A DNA stretch of 58,728 nucleotides, taken from positions 1-58,728 of the forward strand of contig JAZOSR010000082.1 in assembly GCA_045657225.1 (NCBI GenBank), in the 5' to 3' direction. Numbering within the stretch: the first letter of the stretch is position 1; each line of letters begins with the position of its first letter. The stretch is from Eubacteriales bacterium. Its GTDB lineage: Bacteria; Bacillota; Clostridia; Oscillospirales; CAG-272. Under the pieces are notes generated by a model. It worked only from the letters and a program-made list of their open reading frames with translations, was not told the origin of the DNA and did not search any database. This document shows, piece after piece, positions 19,285 to 30,510 of the stretch. A program made the position numbers and the translations under genes.

Positions 19285-19764
19285 ATGTCCTCTCTTTTTA
19301 CCTTGACCGTCAAGGAATACGAGCATATTGCTTTTACCGCGACAACAGCACGTAACGTACAGCTTGTCGTGTGGGGCATTTGCATCGGCTTTTTCCTTGC
19401 GTCACTGTTTTCGCTTTACCAGCGCTTTGTTGTCGGCGCGCCGATTCGCGCATTGCTTCGGCTTGAGGCACTTTCTCCCGAAGCGGCGCGGAATGCCGAC
19501 GAGCTCGGCTTTAAAAAGGGTAGTCCTTTTTGCAGGATCCTTGAGAAAAACGCATCCGTGCAACGGCTGGTTAAGAAAACAGAGGGGGAAACGGGAAGCT
19601 ACTACATCCCCGAGGATTTAAAGTACCGCGCAGAGCTACGCTATGAGAAAAAAGGGAATCCGATCGTGCAGGCGTTGCTTGCGGCGCTTCTTTCCACGGC
19701 TGTCGGTATTGTGCTCCTAAAGCTAATACCATTGGCACTCTCTATGATCGACGCGATACTATAA
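19285..19764 (+). CDS. hypothetical membrane protein
   Basis: 159 aa with two predicted TM segments. The start is 1 nt after the serS stop (TAAGATG). Family not recognised. Confidence 0.55.
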   Translation: MSSLFTLTVKEYEHIAFTATTARNVQLVVWGICIGFFLASLFSLYQRFVVGAPIRALLRLEALSPEAARNADELGFKKGSPFCRILEKNASVQRLVKKTEGETGSYYIPEDLKYRAELRYEKKGNPIVQALLAALLSTAVGIVLLKLIPLALSMIDAIL

Positions 19765-19772
19765 CCACACAG

Positions 19773-19812
19773 TCACGCCCCGCCGCATTAATGTGGCGGG
19801 GCGTGATTTTGC
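19773..19812 (+). terminator. rho-independent terminator of the soj-spo0J-serS transcription unit
   Basis: TCACGCCCCGCCGC-attaat-GTGGCGGGGCGTGA followed by TTTTGC. Confidence 0.8.
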
Positions 19813-19854
19813 TTAAAACTGACAAACCCTTATGAGATGTAACCCATGTATCGC

Positions 19855-19883
19855 TTGACAATTTCGGTATCTCGCGGTATAAT
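19855..19883 (+). promoter_or_regulatory. sigma-A promoter (TTGACA-17-TATAAT)
   Basis: Exact consensus hexamers at 19855-19860 and 19878-19883, upstream of the ligase gene. Confidence 0.65.
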
Positions 19884-19940
19884 ATAGGTAATATGTGCCA
19901 AAATAAAAAAGCACAAAATAAACATAAAATGAGGTAAATT

Positions 19941-21635
19941 ATGAAAAAAACAGAGCGAATTTTCACGCCCATTTCTTCTTTTAAGCACCTGCTTGAAACA
20001 ATGGATGTTCGCGGCGAAAAAACCCTCTTCCAATATCCCGTTGGCAAATCCTACGAATCGGTTTCCTACGGCGATTTTGCAAATCGCGTTCGCGTAGCGG
20101 CTGCCGGCTTTGATGCCATCGGTCTTGCGGGCAAGCGCGTTGCCGTCATTGGCGAGACCTCCGCTGATTGGGTCATGACCTACCTTGGCGTCACCACTGC
20201 AGGCGGCGTCATTATCCCCATGGATAAGGAGCTTGCCATTTCCGAGATTGAAGGGTTCCTTGCAAGCGTTGATGCAGAAGCAATCGTTTATTCTGGCTCC
20301 TTTAACGGAAAATTTGACAACGCCATCGAAAACCACCCCTCCTTGCGCATTTTCCTGCCCATGGCGCCCGCGGGCAACGAAGCCTCGGAGAAGATACTAC
20401 CCCTTGCCGAAATGCTTGAAAAGGGCAAAAAACGCCTGTCTGAAGGCTATATGCTTCCCGAGAGAGCTCACGAGGATCTTGCCATCATGCTCTTCACCTC
20501 GGGCACCACGGGTACCAGCAAGTGCGTTATGCTTTCGGAAAAGAACATTTGCGAGTGCGTCAATTCGGCGTGCGCGTCGGTTAATTTCAGCGAAAACGAC
20601 GCCACCATGTCGGTGCTCCCCTTGCACCACACCTACGAGCTTGCCATCATGATCGCCAGCATTTGCTACGGCATTCAGATCAATATCAACGATTCTCTGC
20701 GCCACCTGATGCGCAATCTTTCCTACTATCAGCCCACGGGCCTTGTTTTGGTGCCGCTTTTTGTCAACACCATGTACAAGCGCATTTGGGACGAGGCGCG
20801 CAAGAAGGGCAAGGATAAGCTCCTCAAGCGCATGATCAAGGTTTCCAATGCCTTAAGAAAGGTCGGCATTGATATGCGCCGCACCTTCTTCAAGAGCGTG
20901 CTTGGGGCGTTTGGCGGCAGACTCGAAAAGATCGTCTGCGGCGGCGCACCCCTCAACCCCGAAATGGTGAACAACTTCGAGGCGTTTGGCGTACAGATCT
21001 GCGAGGGCTACGGTATCACCGAATGCTCGCCGCTGATTGCCGTCTCTCCCTATTTTGCACCGAAGCGCGGCTCTGTCGGCCCCGCTGTACCCTGCTGTGA
21101 GGCACGCATTGCCAAAACGGGCTATATCAATGATCGCGGCTTTGAAGAAGGCGAGATCCAGGTCAAGGGCGACAACGTCATGCTTGGCTACTACAAAAAC
21201 CCCGAGGCAAGCGCACAGGCGTTCACCGAGGACGGCTGGTATCGCACGGGCGACGTCGGCTTTATGGACGAGGACGGCTATATCTATATCACGGGTCGCC
21301 TCAAATCGGTCATCGTGCTTGAAAACGGCAAAAACGTCTTCCCCGAGGAGATCGAGGAATACCTTGAAAACATGGAGGGCGTTGGCGAGGTCGTTGTCGT
21401 TGGCAGAAAGGATACCGACGGCGAAACCATTTTGCTGACCGCGCTCGTTTACCCCGACCAAAACATCTTCCCCGAGGGCACCGATAAAAAGGAGATTTAC
21501 GACACGCTTTATAAGCGCATCACCGACCTTAACAAGGAGCTGCCCTCCTTCAAGAAGATCAAGGGGCTTGAGATCCGCGACGTGGAGTTTGAAAAGACCA
21601 CCTCGCGCAAGATCAAGCGCCACCTCGTAAAATAA
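19941..21635 (+). CDS. AMP-binding enzyme (long-chain-fatty-acid--CoA ligase-like)
   Basis: 564 aa with the AMP-binding signature LFTSGTTGTSKCVMLS, plus YRTGDVGFMDEDGYIYITGRLK. Confidence 0.85.
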   Translation: MKKTERIFTPISSFKHLLETMDVRGEKTLFQYPVGKSYESVSYGDFANRVRVAAAGFDAIGLAGKRVAVIGETSADWVMTYLGVTTAGGVIIPMDKELAISEIEGFLASVDAEAIVYSGSFNGKFDNAIENHPSLRIFLPMAPAGNEASEKILPLAEMLEKGKKRLSEGYMLPERAHEDLAIMLFTSGTTGTSKCVMLSEKNICECVNSACASVNFSENDATMSVLPLHHTYELAIMIASICYGIQININDSLRHLMRNLSYYQPTGLVLVPLFVNTMYKRIWDEARKKGKDKLLKRMIKVSNALRKVGIDMRRTFFKSVLGAFGGRLEKIVCGGAPLNPEMVNNFEAFGVQICEGYGITECSPLIAVSPYFAPKRGSVGPAVPCCEARIAKTGYINDRGFEEGEIQVKGDNVMLGYYKNPEASAQAFTEDGWYRTGDVGFMDEDGYIYITGRLKSVIVLENGKNVFPEEIEEYLENMEGVGEVVVVGRKDTDGETILLTALVYPDQNIFPEGTDKKEIYDTLYKRITDLNKELPSFKKIKGLEIRDVEFEKTTSRKIKRHLVK

Positions 21636-21652
21636 TCATTGCCTTCTAAACA

Positions 21653-21694
21653 AAAAGGGCTTTTGCAGCGAGTTGCTGCAAAAGCCCTTTTTTA
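21653..21694. terminator. bidirectional terminator
   Basis: AAAAGGGCTTTTGCAGC-gagt-TGCTGCAAAAGCCCTTTT, a perfect long hairpin with T-runs on both sides. Confidence 0.8.
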
Positions 21695-22114
21695 TTATGT
21701 CTTTTTCTTTCTTTGAAAGATCAGCTTGCCCAAAACATAGTTGAGGATCACCACAATCACGTTTGAAACAATCTTCCAAAGGAGGTTGTTCTGTTCAAGA
21801 ATATCTACCGCGATCAGCATAATGAGAACGTCAAGCACACCCGTTGCCACGCGGCTGGCGATAAAGGCAAAAAATTCCTTCCATTTTGCCGCCGCGCCCC
21901 TTGTCTTGCTTTCAAACACGATACTGCGATTGGTAAAGAATGCAAACAGCACCGAAACCAGCCACGCAAGCGCGGTGCTTGCCACATTCGGGACCAAAAG
22001 CACTCCGTTTAGCACGAAATAGCAACCGACATTGACAAGCGTGGTCGCAACACCGAAGATCAGATATAAAATTTCTGTTTTATATTTGGCAAAAAGCCGC
22101 AAAATGCTCTTCAT
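21695..22114 (-). CDS. GtrA family protein
   Basis: 139 aa with four TM helices. The size, topology and position downstream of a GT2 gene are GtrA-like. Confidence 0.75.
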   Translation of the reverse strand: MKSILRLFAKYKTEILYLIFGVATTLVNVGCYFVLNGVLLVPNVASTALAWLVSVLFAFFTNRSIVFESKTRGAAAKWKEFFAFIASRVATGVLDVLIMLIAVDILEQNNLLWKIVSNVIVVILNYVLGKLIFQRKKKT

Positions 22115-22116
22115 TC

Positions 22117-23064
22117 TTATTTGATCTTTGTTGCGTCCTTTTTGTTGGTCTTGGAAACGATATAATGGGGACGGTGCTTAGTTTCAAGATATGTTTTTGA
22201 GAGATACTGTCCGATAATGCCAAGGAAAAACATCTGCACACCGCCGATAAAGACGATAACGCACATGGTGGACGCCCAGCCCATTACGGGGTCGCCAAAG
22301 GCAATGCGGCGAACAATGATAAACGCAAGAAAGACAAACGACAGCAGTGTCATCAAAACACCTGCCCACGCGGCAATCGAAAGGGGTGCTTGTGAGAAAT
22401 TGATGATGCCGTCGATAGCATACTTAAAGAGCTTCCAGAAATTCCATTTGCTCTTGCCCGCCACGCGCTCTACGTTTTCATACGAAAGCCAATAGGTCTT
22501 AAAGCCGACCCATCCGAAAATACCCTTGGAAAAGCGGTTGTATTCACACATAGAAACAATGGCATCAGCCATCTCGCGCTTCATCAGACGGAAATCGCGC
22601 GCACCACTCACTACGTCCGCATCGGAAATTCTGTTGATGATCGAATAAAAGCGCTTGGCAAACCAGCTTCTGATGCGCGGCTCGCCCTTTCTTGTCTCGC
22701 GGCGTGTCGCGACACTGTCATATTCACCCGACTCCAAGATCTCCAGCATTTGCGGCAATAGTGCGGGTGGATCCTGCATATCGGCATCCATCACCGCCAC
22801 GTAATCTCCGTCGGCGTTGCAAAAGCCTGCGTACATTGCCGCCTCCTTGCCGAAATTGCGTGAAAAGGAAAGGTAAACCACGTGCTCGTCCTTTTCGCTT
22901 AAATCCTGCAAAATCGGGAGCGTCGCGTCCTTTGAGCCATCGTTAACGAAAAGCAGCTCATAGTCATAGTCAAGCGTACTCATGACCTTGGTAACCTCCT
23001 CGTAAAAAAGAGGAACCGATTCCTGCTCGTTATAGCAGGGAATAATCAGCGATATTTTCTTCAT
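22117..23064 (-). CDS. family 2 glycosyltransferase (polyprenyl-phosphate sugar synthase, GtrB/ArnC-like)
   Basis: MKKISLIIPCYNEQESV ... VNDGSKD ... MDADMQDPP (DxD), plus two C-terminal TM helices. Confidence 0.85.
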   Translation of the reverse strand: MKKISLIIPCYNEQESVPLFYEEVTKVMSTLDYDYELLFVNDGSKDATLPILQDLSEKDEHVVYLSFSRNFGKEAAMYAGFCNADGDYVAVMDADMQDPPALLPQMLEILESGEYDSVATRRETRKGEPRIRSWFAKRFYSIINRISDADVVSGARDFRLMKREMADAIVSMCEYNRFSKGIFGWVGFKTYWLSYENVERVAGKSKWNFWKLFKYAIDGIINFSQAPLSIAAWAGVLMTLLSFVFLAFIIVRRIAFGDPVMGWASTMCVIVFIGGVQMFFLGIIGQYLSKTYLETKHRPHYIVSKTNKKDATKIK

Positions 23065-23082
23065 AAAGATCTCCTGCCTTGT

Positions 23083-24462
23083 TTACGCAACCAAAAAGGG
23101 AAGAACCCCGTCAAGTGCAATTGCGGCAAACACACCGATACCGCAGAGTGTCAGCACCCTTGCTTTTTTATTCGTTGATACATGCTGCATCAACACGTTA
23201 AACAATATGATCGAAACGCAGATCAAAGAGAAATACATAAAAATAAAGGTTCTGGTGCTTGATGCCCAAATGGTGGGCGAAAAGCCCATCACCACACGGC
23301 TGGCAAAACCAACGAGGAAGAGCACACAGGAAAATGCCGCAAGGATCCTATCCTCAATGGCAAAAAACAGTGCGACCAAAATGCACACAACAACCACGGT
23401 AAGCACAATGTCGGGCAACCATGTTGTCGGAGACGTCAGCTGAAAGCCCGTGCCAAACTGCGTCATTTTTGCGTTGAGTCCCACGATATTCGGAATGATC
23501 TGACCAAAAACGCCCGGGAGCTGTCCAAACACCAAATGAGCTCCAAGAGGAATACAGGATGCGACACGAACCGAAATTCTTTTGTGCTTGACACCAACAA
23601 CGGCAAGCAACGCACAAAACGCGAGGAAGATCGGATTTCGTTTCATCAAAAATTCATACAAAGACGAGGAATATCCCATCTCCAGCTTTTTGAAAAACGA
23701 AAGTCCTGCATATTCGGGGAACCATCTACCAATTTCGGACACGGTTCGCGCCGAATTGCCGGGGCAAGTGAAAATAAAGATCATGGATGCGACACAAAGA
23801 AGCACATGTGCCGCAAACAACCACGGAATTTTTTTGTCTCGTCGCCACAAATAAAGCGTCACCACACCGCTCACGGCAAATAGCACCGCGCACATCTGCT
23901 CCTGATTGGCAGCAAAGAGCAGGGCGGGGAAGGAAAGTATCGTCATCCAAAGCGGTGTTTTCTTGTGCTTGACATAGTTGGCAATCGGTAGCAAGGCAAA
24001 CAGTCCAAAAGCAAGCGGCCATGAATAATTGAGTGTCGTTGCTATCCAACCCGCCGTATCCATCGTTTTAAAGGGGAAGGCAAGCACCAGCAAAACAATT
24101 GCCCAATTCACGGTCGTGCTTTTCTTCTCGTTGAAGATCAGGGAGAGCATCACAGTAATGGCAAGCATAAGAAGTGTGTCGAGGAAACGCCACAAAAGCG
24201 GGACGTGCACCAACAAAAAAAGTACCGCTTCGATCAAAAGTCGCGAGGACCATACCTGATATCGCTCGCCCAGCACCTCCATCAGTTTAGGAATTGAGGG
24301 CTTATCTCCCAGGTACGTAACAAATAAGGCGTCATCATGGCGACCGATGAAAACCAAAAAATGCACGGCAAGCATTACAAGTCCGTATGCGACAAACGGG
24401 AAATACCGCGAGGTCACAAAGGCCTTTAGCCTTATAAGAAATTCTTTTATCGTCTGCTTCAT
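23083..24462 (-). CDS. polytopic membrane protein, GT-C/GtrC-like putative glycosyltransferase
   Basis: 459 aa with more than 10 TM helices, upstream of the GT2 and GtrA genes in the same orientation. The functional call rests on context and is inference. Confidence 0.55.
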   Translation of the reverse strand: MKQTIKEFLIRLKAFVTSRYFPFVAYGLVMLAVHFLVFIGRHDDALFVTYLGDKPSIPKLMEVLGERYQVWSSRLLIEAVLFLLVHVPLLWRFLDTLLMLAITVMLSLIFNEKKSTTVNWAIVLLVLAFPFKTMDTAGWIATTLNYSWPLAFGLFALLPIANYVKHKKTPLWMTILSFPALLFAANQEQMCAVLFAVSGVVTLYLWRRDKKIPWLFAAHVLLCVASMIFIFTCPGNSARTVSEIGRWFPEYAGLSFFKKLEMGYSSSLYEFLMKRNPIFLAFCALLAVVGVKHKRISVRVASCIPLGAHLVFGQLPGVFGQIIPNIVGLNAKMTQFGTGFQLTSPTTWLPDIVLTVVVVCILVALFFAIEDRILAAFSCVLFLVGFASRVVMGFSPTIWASSTRTFIFMYFSLICVSIILFNVLMQHVSTNKKARVLTLCGIGVFAAIALDGVLPFLVA

Positions 24463-24564
24463 GAAACAATCACTCCTAAAATATTCGCATAAAATTAGTG
24501 CTACTATTATAACACATTACAAGGGACATGTCAAATATATGCCCCATCCGCACAAAACGTCAAT

Positions 24565-24599
24565 AAAAGCAAAAGAGGGGAGACCCCTCTTTTGCTTTT
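24565..24599 (-). terminator. rho-independent terminator after the gyrBA-downstream gene
   Basis: GCAAAAGAGGGG-aga-CCCCTCTTTTGC flanked by A/T runs. It overlaps the stop codon at 24598. Confidence 0.7.
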
Positions 24600-25647
24600 A
24601 ATATGTCGGCGAATTCAGATACCAAAGCCCGTCCTGTAGGTAAAGCGCGACCGTCACGGTCAGGCGCTCGTCAGGCTTGCTTTCAAGATAGGTATCGATC
24701 TCAACGAATACGTTTGTCGCGTTGCTCTTTTTTCTCTCGCTCATGCGCATCGTTTCAATCAAAAATACGCGCTTGACGTCAACACTCTTTTGTTCGCTGT
24801 TAGATTTCATCAGGTGCATCACACCGTCACCGTCCTCGACCTCCATATAACGTGCCGACATAAGGGCGCCACTGGTATCCACGGCAACACCTGTAAACAC
24901 GCTTTCATAGACCGAGTCAAGATAGATCTTGCTGTAAATCTGCTCTGCCTTGTCCTTGATCGAGCTGATCGTGAGATACCCGCAATCCTCCTTCACGTAG
25001 TCGTAATTTTTGTCGTCCTTTTCGGTGTAAAGGAAGATGTCGTCAATATCAAAATCATCAAGACGGTAGTAGTAATAGCCGTTTGTGCTATCCACATAGA
25101 TCGGCGTTTCGTCAGCACGTGCCTCTGCCACGCGCGTCGCGTAGCGATAAAAGGACAAGCCCTTGACCTCATCGATCACCGCTTGCTTTTCAAAATCCCA
25201 GCACACGTCACTGTCGTCTGCCTTTGCGGGATCTCTGAACTGTCTGTAATACGCATACGCAATCACGGTTCCGTAACCGTCAAGCTCCATTTCAAGACCC
25301 GACAAGGTCAACTCCTTGATCTTATCCTCGCTTGTTTGAGGATCCTTGTAAGGATATTCGACCTTATAGGTAAATCCGTCGGAATACACGCGCGGATAGG
25401 TGGGCAAGCCCTCGCCCCAAAAAATCTCGTTGACCTCACGGGAAGCGAGGATCAGCGCCTCAATACGCGGGCGCAGTAACTCAAGCGAGGGGGCGCGGTT
25501 GCTCCGCACCGAGCGCACGATCAAAAAGGTTACGAGTGAGGCAAGGATCAACGCAACAGCCACAATCACCGCAATTAATCTTTTCTTCATAAATCTCCTT
25601 ACACGGGAAATGAGGTTTTCAAACCCCGTTTGGTACTTTTTTGGCAT
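24598..25647 (-). CDS. hypothetical membrane-anchored protein
   Basis: 349 aa with a single N-terminal TM helix (LIAVIVAVALILASLVTFLIV), followed by an acidic, Tyr-rich extracytoplasmic domain. An alternative start at 25590 (MKKRLIAV) has its own AAGGAG SD. Family not recognised. Confidence 0.65.
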   Translation of the reverse strand: MPKKYQTGFENLISRVRRFMKKRLIAVIVAVALILASLVTFLIVRSVRSNRAPSLELLRPRIEALILASREVNEIFWGEGLPTYPRVYSDGFTYKVEYPYKDPQTSEDKIKELTLSGLEMELDGYGTVIAYAYYRQFRDPAKADDSDVCWDFEKQAVIDEVKGLSFYRYATRVAEARADETPIYVDSTNGYYYYRLDDFDIDDIFLYTEKDDKNYDYVKEDCGYLTISSIKDKAEQIYSKIYLDSVYESVFTGVAVDTSGALMSARYMEVEDGDGVMHLMKSNSEQKSVDVKRVFLIETMRMSERKKSNATNVFVEIDTYLESKPDERLTVTVALYLQDGLWYLNSPTY

Positions 25648-25649
25648 AA

Positions 25650-25681
25650 CACCTCCGATAAACCAAGATTTATCGGAGGTG
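25650..25681 (-). promoter_or_regulatory. perfect 13-bp stem-loop between gyrA and the next ORF; its 3' arm contains that ORF's SD
   Basis: On the minus strand: CACCUCCGAUAAA-UCUUGG-UUUAUCGGAGGUG-UU-AUG. No U-tract follows. Confidence 0.5.
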
Positions 25682-25688
25682 TTATATA

Positions 25689-28226
25689 TTATTCTTCGGT
25701 GGGCGCTGCCTCAACCGCACCGTTTTCGGGCGCGGTGACCTCTGCGTTTTCACCGTTTGCGACAACCTCTGCCGGTGCCGCTTCCTCGTCCTCATGCGCA
25801 ACCTTTGTGAAGCCGACGATCGATTGTCCCTCGCCAAGGCGCATTACAATAACGCCGGCAGCCGTGCGGGAATAGGTGTTAATCTGCGCAACGGGGGTAC
25901 GAATGATCGTACCGCTGTTGGTGATCATCATCAGGTCGTCGTTATCATCAACGGCGGCAATACCCGTCAAAAGACCGGTCTTGTCGGTGAGGTTATGGCA
26001 GGTTACACCCATGCCGCCTCTGCCCTTCACGCGGAAGTCCTCAAACGGGGTGCGTTTTCCGTATCCGTTTTCGGTAATGGTGATCAGCTGCTTTTCATCG
26101 TCAACAATAACAGCGCCAACCACAAAGTCACCCTCGCGCAAACGCACACCGCGCACACCGCGCGCCGTTCTGCCAAGGGGACGTACTGCCGATTCGCTGA
26201 ATCTTGCGGCAGAGCCGTCGTGTGTTGCAAGCACCACGTCCTTATCGCCCTTGCTGTGCATGACGAACACAAGCTCGTCACCCTCGTCAAGGTTAAGGGC
26301 TATCTTACCGCCCTTGCGCTGGTATTCGTACTCCGAAAGAAGCGTGCGCTTAATCACACCGTTTCTCGTGACCATGGTAAGGTATTCGTTCTCGCCAAAG
26401 CCCTCAACGGCGATCATGGCGGTGATCGTTTCTCCCTGAACGGTTTCGATCACGTTAATGATATTGGTACCCTTTGCAGTACGGGATGCCTCGGGGATCT
26501 GGTATGCCTTACGCATAAATACCTTACCTGTATTGGTAAAGAGCATGAGGTAGGAGTGGCTGTGCACCACCATCATCTTTTCGACGAAATCCTCCTCCTT
26601 GGTGGTCATACCGATAATACCCTTGCCGCCCTTATGCTGTACGGCATAGGTATCGGCAGGCTGACGCTTGATGTAGCCCGCGTGCGTGAGCGTGATCACG
26701 CAGTCGTGCTTTTCGATAAGGTCCTCAAGATTAATGTCGTCGGTCGCCTCCACGATCTCGGTGCGGCGTTCATCGGCATACTTGCGGCGGATCTCGGTCA
26801 TCTCTTCCTTGATGATATTCTTGATCTTTTGTTCGTCGGCAAGCACGCCGCGCAGCTCCTCGATCAGAATATGAAGCTTCTCAAGCTCCTCCTCGATCTT
26901 TTGTCTTTCAAGACCCGTCAGCTTACCAAGCGTCATTTCAACGATCGCCTGTGCCTGTGTGTCAGTAAGACCGTAGCGCGCCATCATCTTTTCCTTGGCA
27001 TCGCTAACCGATGCGGCAGCACGGATCAGCGCAACCACGTCGTCAATGTTATCATTGGCGATCTTGTAGCCCTCAAGGATATGGGCACGTGCCTCTGCCT
27101 TATTAAGATCAAATTGCGTACGGCGGCGAATGACGTCCTGCTGATGCGCAATATAGTAATCAAGGATCTGGGGAAGGGAAAGGATCTTGGGCTCGCCGCC
27201 AACCAATGCCAGCATATTAATGGAGCAGGTATCCTGCAGCTGGGTATATTTATAAAGCTGATTCAGGATCACCTGACCGTTCACATCACGGCGGAAGGTA
27301 ATAAGAATGCAAATACCGTTACGGTCACTCGACACGTCCTTGATATCGGTAATACCGTCGATTTTCTTGTCCTTCACCAATTCGGCGATCGACATGACCA
27401 AGGAGGACTTGTTGACCTGATAGGGAATCTCGGTTACCTTGATATGGTGATTTTCCTCGTCAACCTCACATTTCGCACGAACGAGCACACGACCCTTACC
27501 CGTGCGGTAAGCGTCAATAATGCCCTGCACGCCGTAGCAGGTGGCAGCCGTGGGGAAGTCGGGACCCTTCACGTACTGCATCAGCTCCTCAACGGTACAT
27601 TCGGGATTGTCGATGCGGTAGACTGTCGCGTCGATCACCTCGCCGAGGTTGTGGGGAGGAATGTTGGTTGCCATACCGACCGCAATACCGACCGAGCCGT
27701 TGACCAAAAGATTGGGAAAACGGGAGGGGAGCACCAGGGGCTCGCGACGGCGGTTATCAAAGTTCGGGCCAAACGGAACGACCTCTTTTTCAAGATCAGC
27801 CATCAATTCGTTTGAAATTTTCGCAAGACGTGCCTCGGTATAACGGTATGCAGCTGCGCCGTCGCCGTCAACCGAGCCAAAGTTACCCTGACCCTCAACG
27901 AGAGGATAACGAAGCGAGAAATCCTGCGCCATACGCACCATCGTACCGTAAACGGCAGCATCACCGTGGGGGTGATAACGACCAAGCACGTTACCAACGG
28001 TCGTCGCAGATTTATAAAAGGGCTTGTCCGAGGTCAGATGATCCTCGTACATTGCATACATAATACGGCGCTGACCGGGCTTCATACCGTCACGCACGTC
28101 GGGCAGAGCGCGGGCAACGATAACCGACATTGCATACTCGATAAATGCCTGCTTTACGCGGCCGCTCATCTCTATGTCCTGAATAATCTGATCCGGAAAC
28201 TCAAGATTTTCGTTTTTATGATCCAT
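25689..28226 (-). CDS. gyrA: DNA gyrase subunit A
   Basis: Contains [22 protein letters not shown] and [22 protein letters not shown] (QRDR region), with an acidic C-terminal tail. ATG at 28226 follows an AAAGGAG SD. Confidence 0.95.
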   Translation of the reverse strand: MDHKNENLEFPDQIIQDIEMSGRVKQAFIEYAMSVIVARALPDVRDGMKPGQRRIMYAMYEDHLTSDKPFYKSATTVGNVLGRYHPHGDAAVYGTMVRMAQDFSLRYPLVEGQGNFGSVDGDGAAAYRYTEARLAKISNELMADLEKEVVPFGPNFDNRRREPLVLPSRFPNLLVNGSVGIAVGMATNIPPHNLGEVIDATVYRIDNPECTVEELMQYVKGPDFPTAATCYGVQGIIDAYRTGKGRVLVRAKCEVDEENHHIKVTEIPYQVNKSSLVMSIAELVKDKKIDGITDIKDVSSDRNGICILITFRRDVNGQVILNQLYKYTQLQDTCSINMLALVGGEPKILSLPQILDYYIAHQQDVIRRRTQFDLNKAEARAHILEGYKIANDNIDDVVALIRAAASVSDAKEKMMARYGLTDTQAQAIVEMTLGKLTGLERQKIEEELEKLHILIEELRGVLADEQKIKNIIKEEMTEIRRKYADERRTEIVEATDDINLEDLIEKHDCVITLTHAGYIKRQPADTYAVQHKGGKGIIGMTTKEEDFVEKMMVVHSHSYLMLFTNTGKVFMRKAYQIPEASRTAKGTNIINVIETVQGETITAMIAVEGFGENEYLTMVTRNGVIKRTLLSEYEYQRKGGKIALNLDEGDELVFVMHSKGDKDVVLATHDGSAARFSESAVRPLGRTARGVRGVRLREGDFVVGAVIVDDEKQLITITENGYGKRTPFEDFRVKGRGGMGVTCHNLTDKTGLLTGIAAVDDNDDLMMITNSGTIIRTPVAQINTYSRTAAGVIVMRLGEGQSIVGFTKVAHEDEEAAPAEVVANGENAEVTAPENGAVEAAPTEE

Positions 28227-28243
28227 TTGTAATCTCCTTTCCA

Positions 28244-30211
<1,968 letters not shown>

Positions 30212-30243
30212 TTAACCTTCCTTATCTAAAACCTTTGTTTTAT

Positions 30244-30510
30244 TTAAGCTTCTTTGTTTTCTTTTTTAATACTTCTGCCTACAAGCGCAGAGGTGGATAT
30301 TTGTGAAAAGCAGATACCGTACCCCTTGTTTTTTCGATAAAGGATAAAGGATTTCGGTATTTCCTCTTTTGCCGCCTCAACCTCACCGCGTTTTCCCGCT
30401 ACCGACAAGAATTTTCTTGTGACGGAAGAGATCGTTGCGGTATCGGCATCAAATATCCCGATAATTTCTTTTTTTCTGATATTTTTGTTGTTACCGATAT
30501 GCAAAAACAT
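30244..30510 (-). CDS. remB: DUF370 domain protein (RemB/YaaB-like)
   Basis: 88 aa between recF and gyrB, as in B. subtilis yaaB/remB. Starts MFLHIGNNKNIRKKEIIGIFD... Confidence 0.75.
   Translation of the reverse strand: MFLHIGNNKNIRKKEIIGIFDADTATISSVTRKFLSVAGKRGEVEAAKEEIPKSFILYRKNKGYGICFSQISTSALVGRSIKKENKEA

Noticed and set aside
25794-27815. Very long ORFs antisense to real genes. Examples are 673 aa opposite gyrA, 584 aa opposite aspS at 55589-57343, 359 aa opposite transketolase at 6568-7647, and 284-308 aa ORFs opposite the DagK, rhaD and isomerase genes.
   Set aside because: Their translations are low-complexity (rich in R, H, G, A, V, L) with no recognisable motifs, and each lies entirely inside a gene with clear family signatures. 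These are typical shadow ORFs of GC-rich third-position codon usage.
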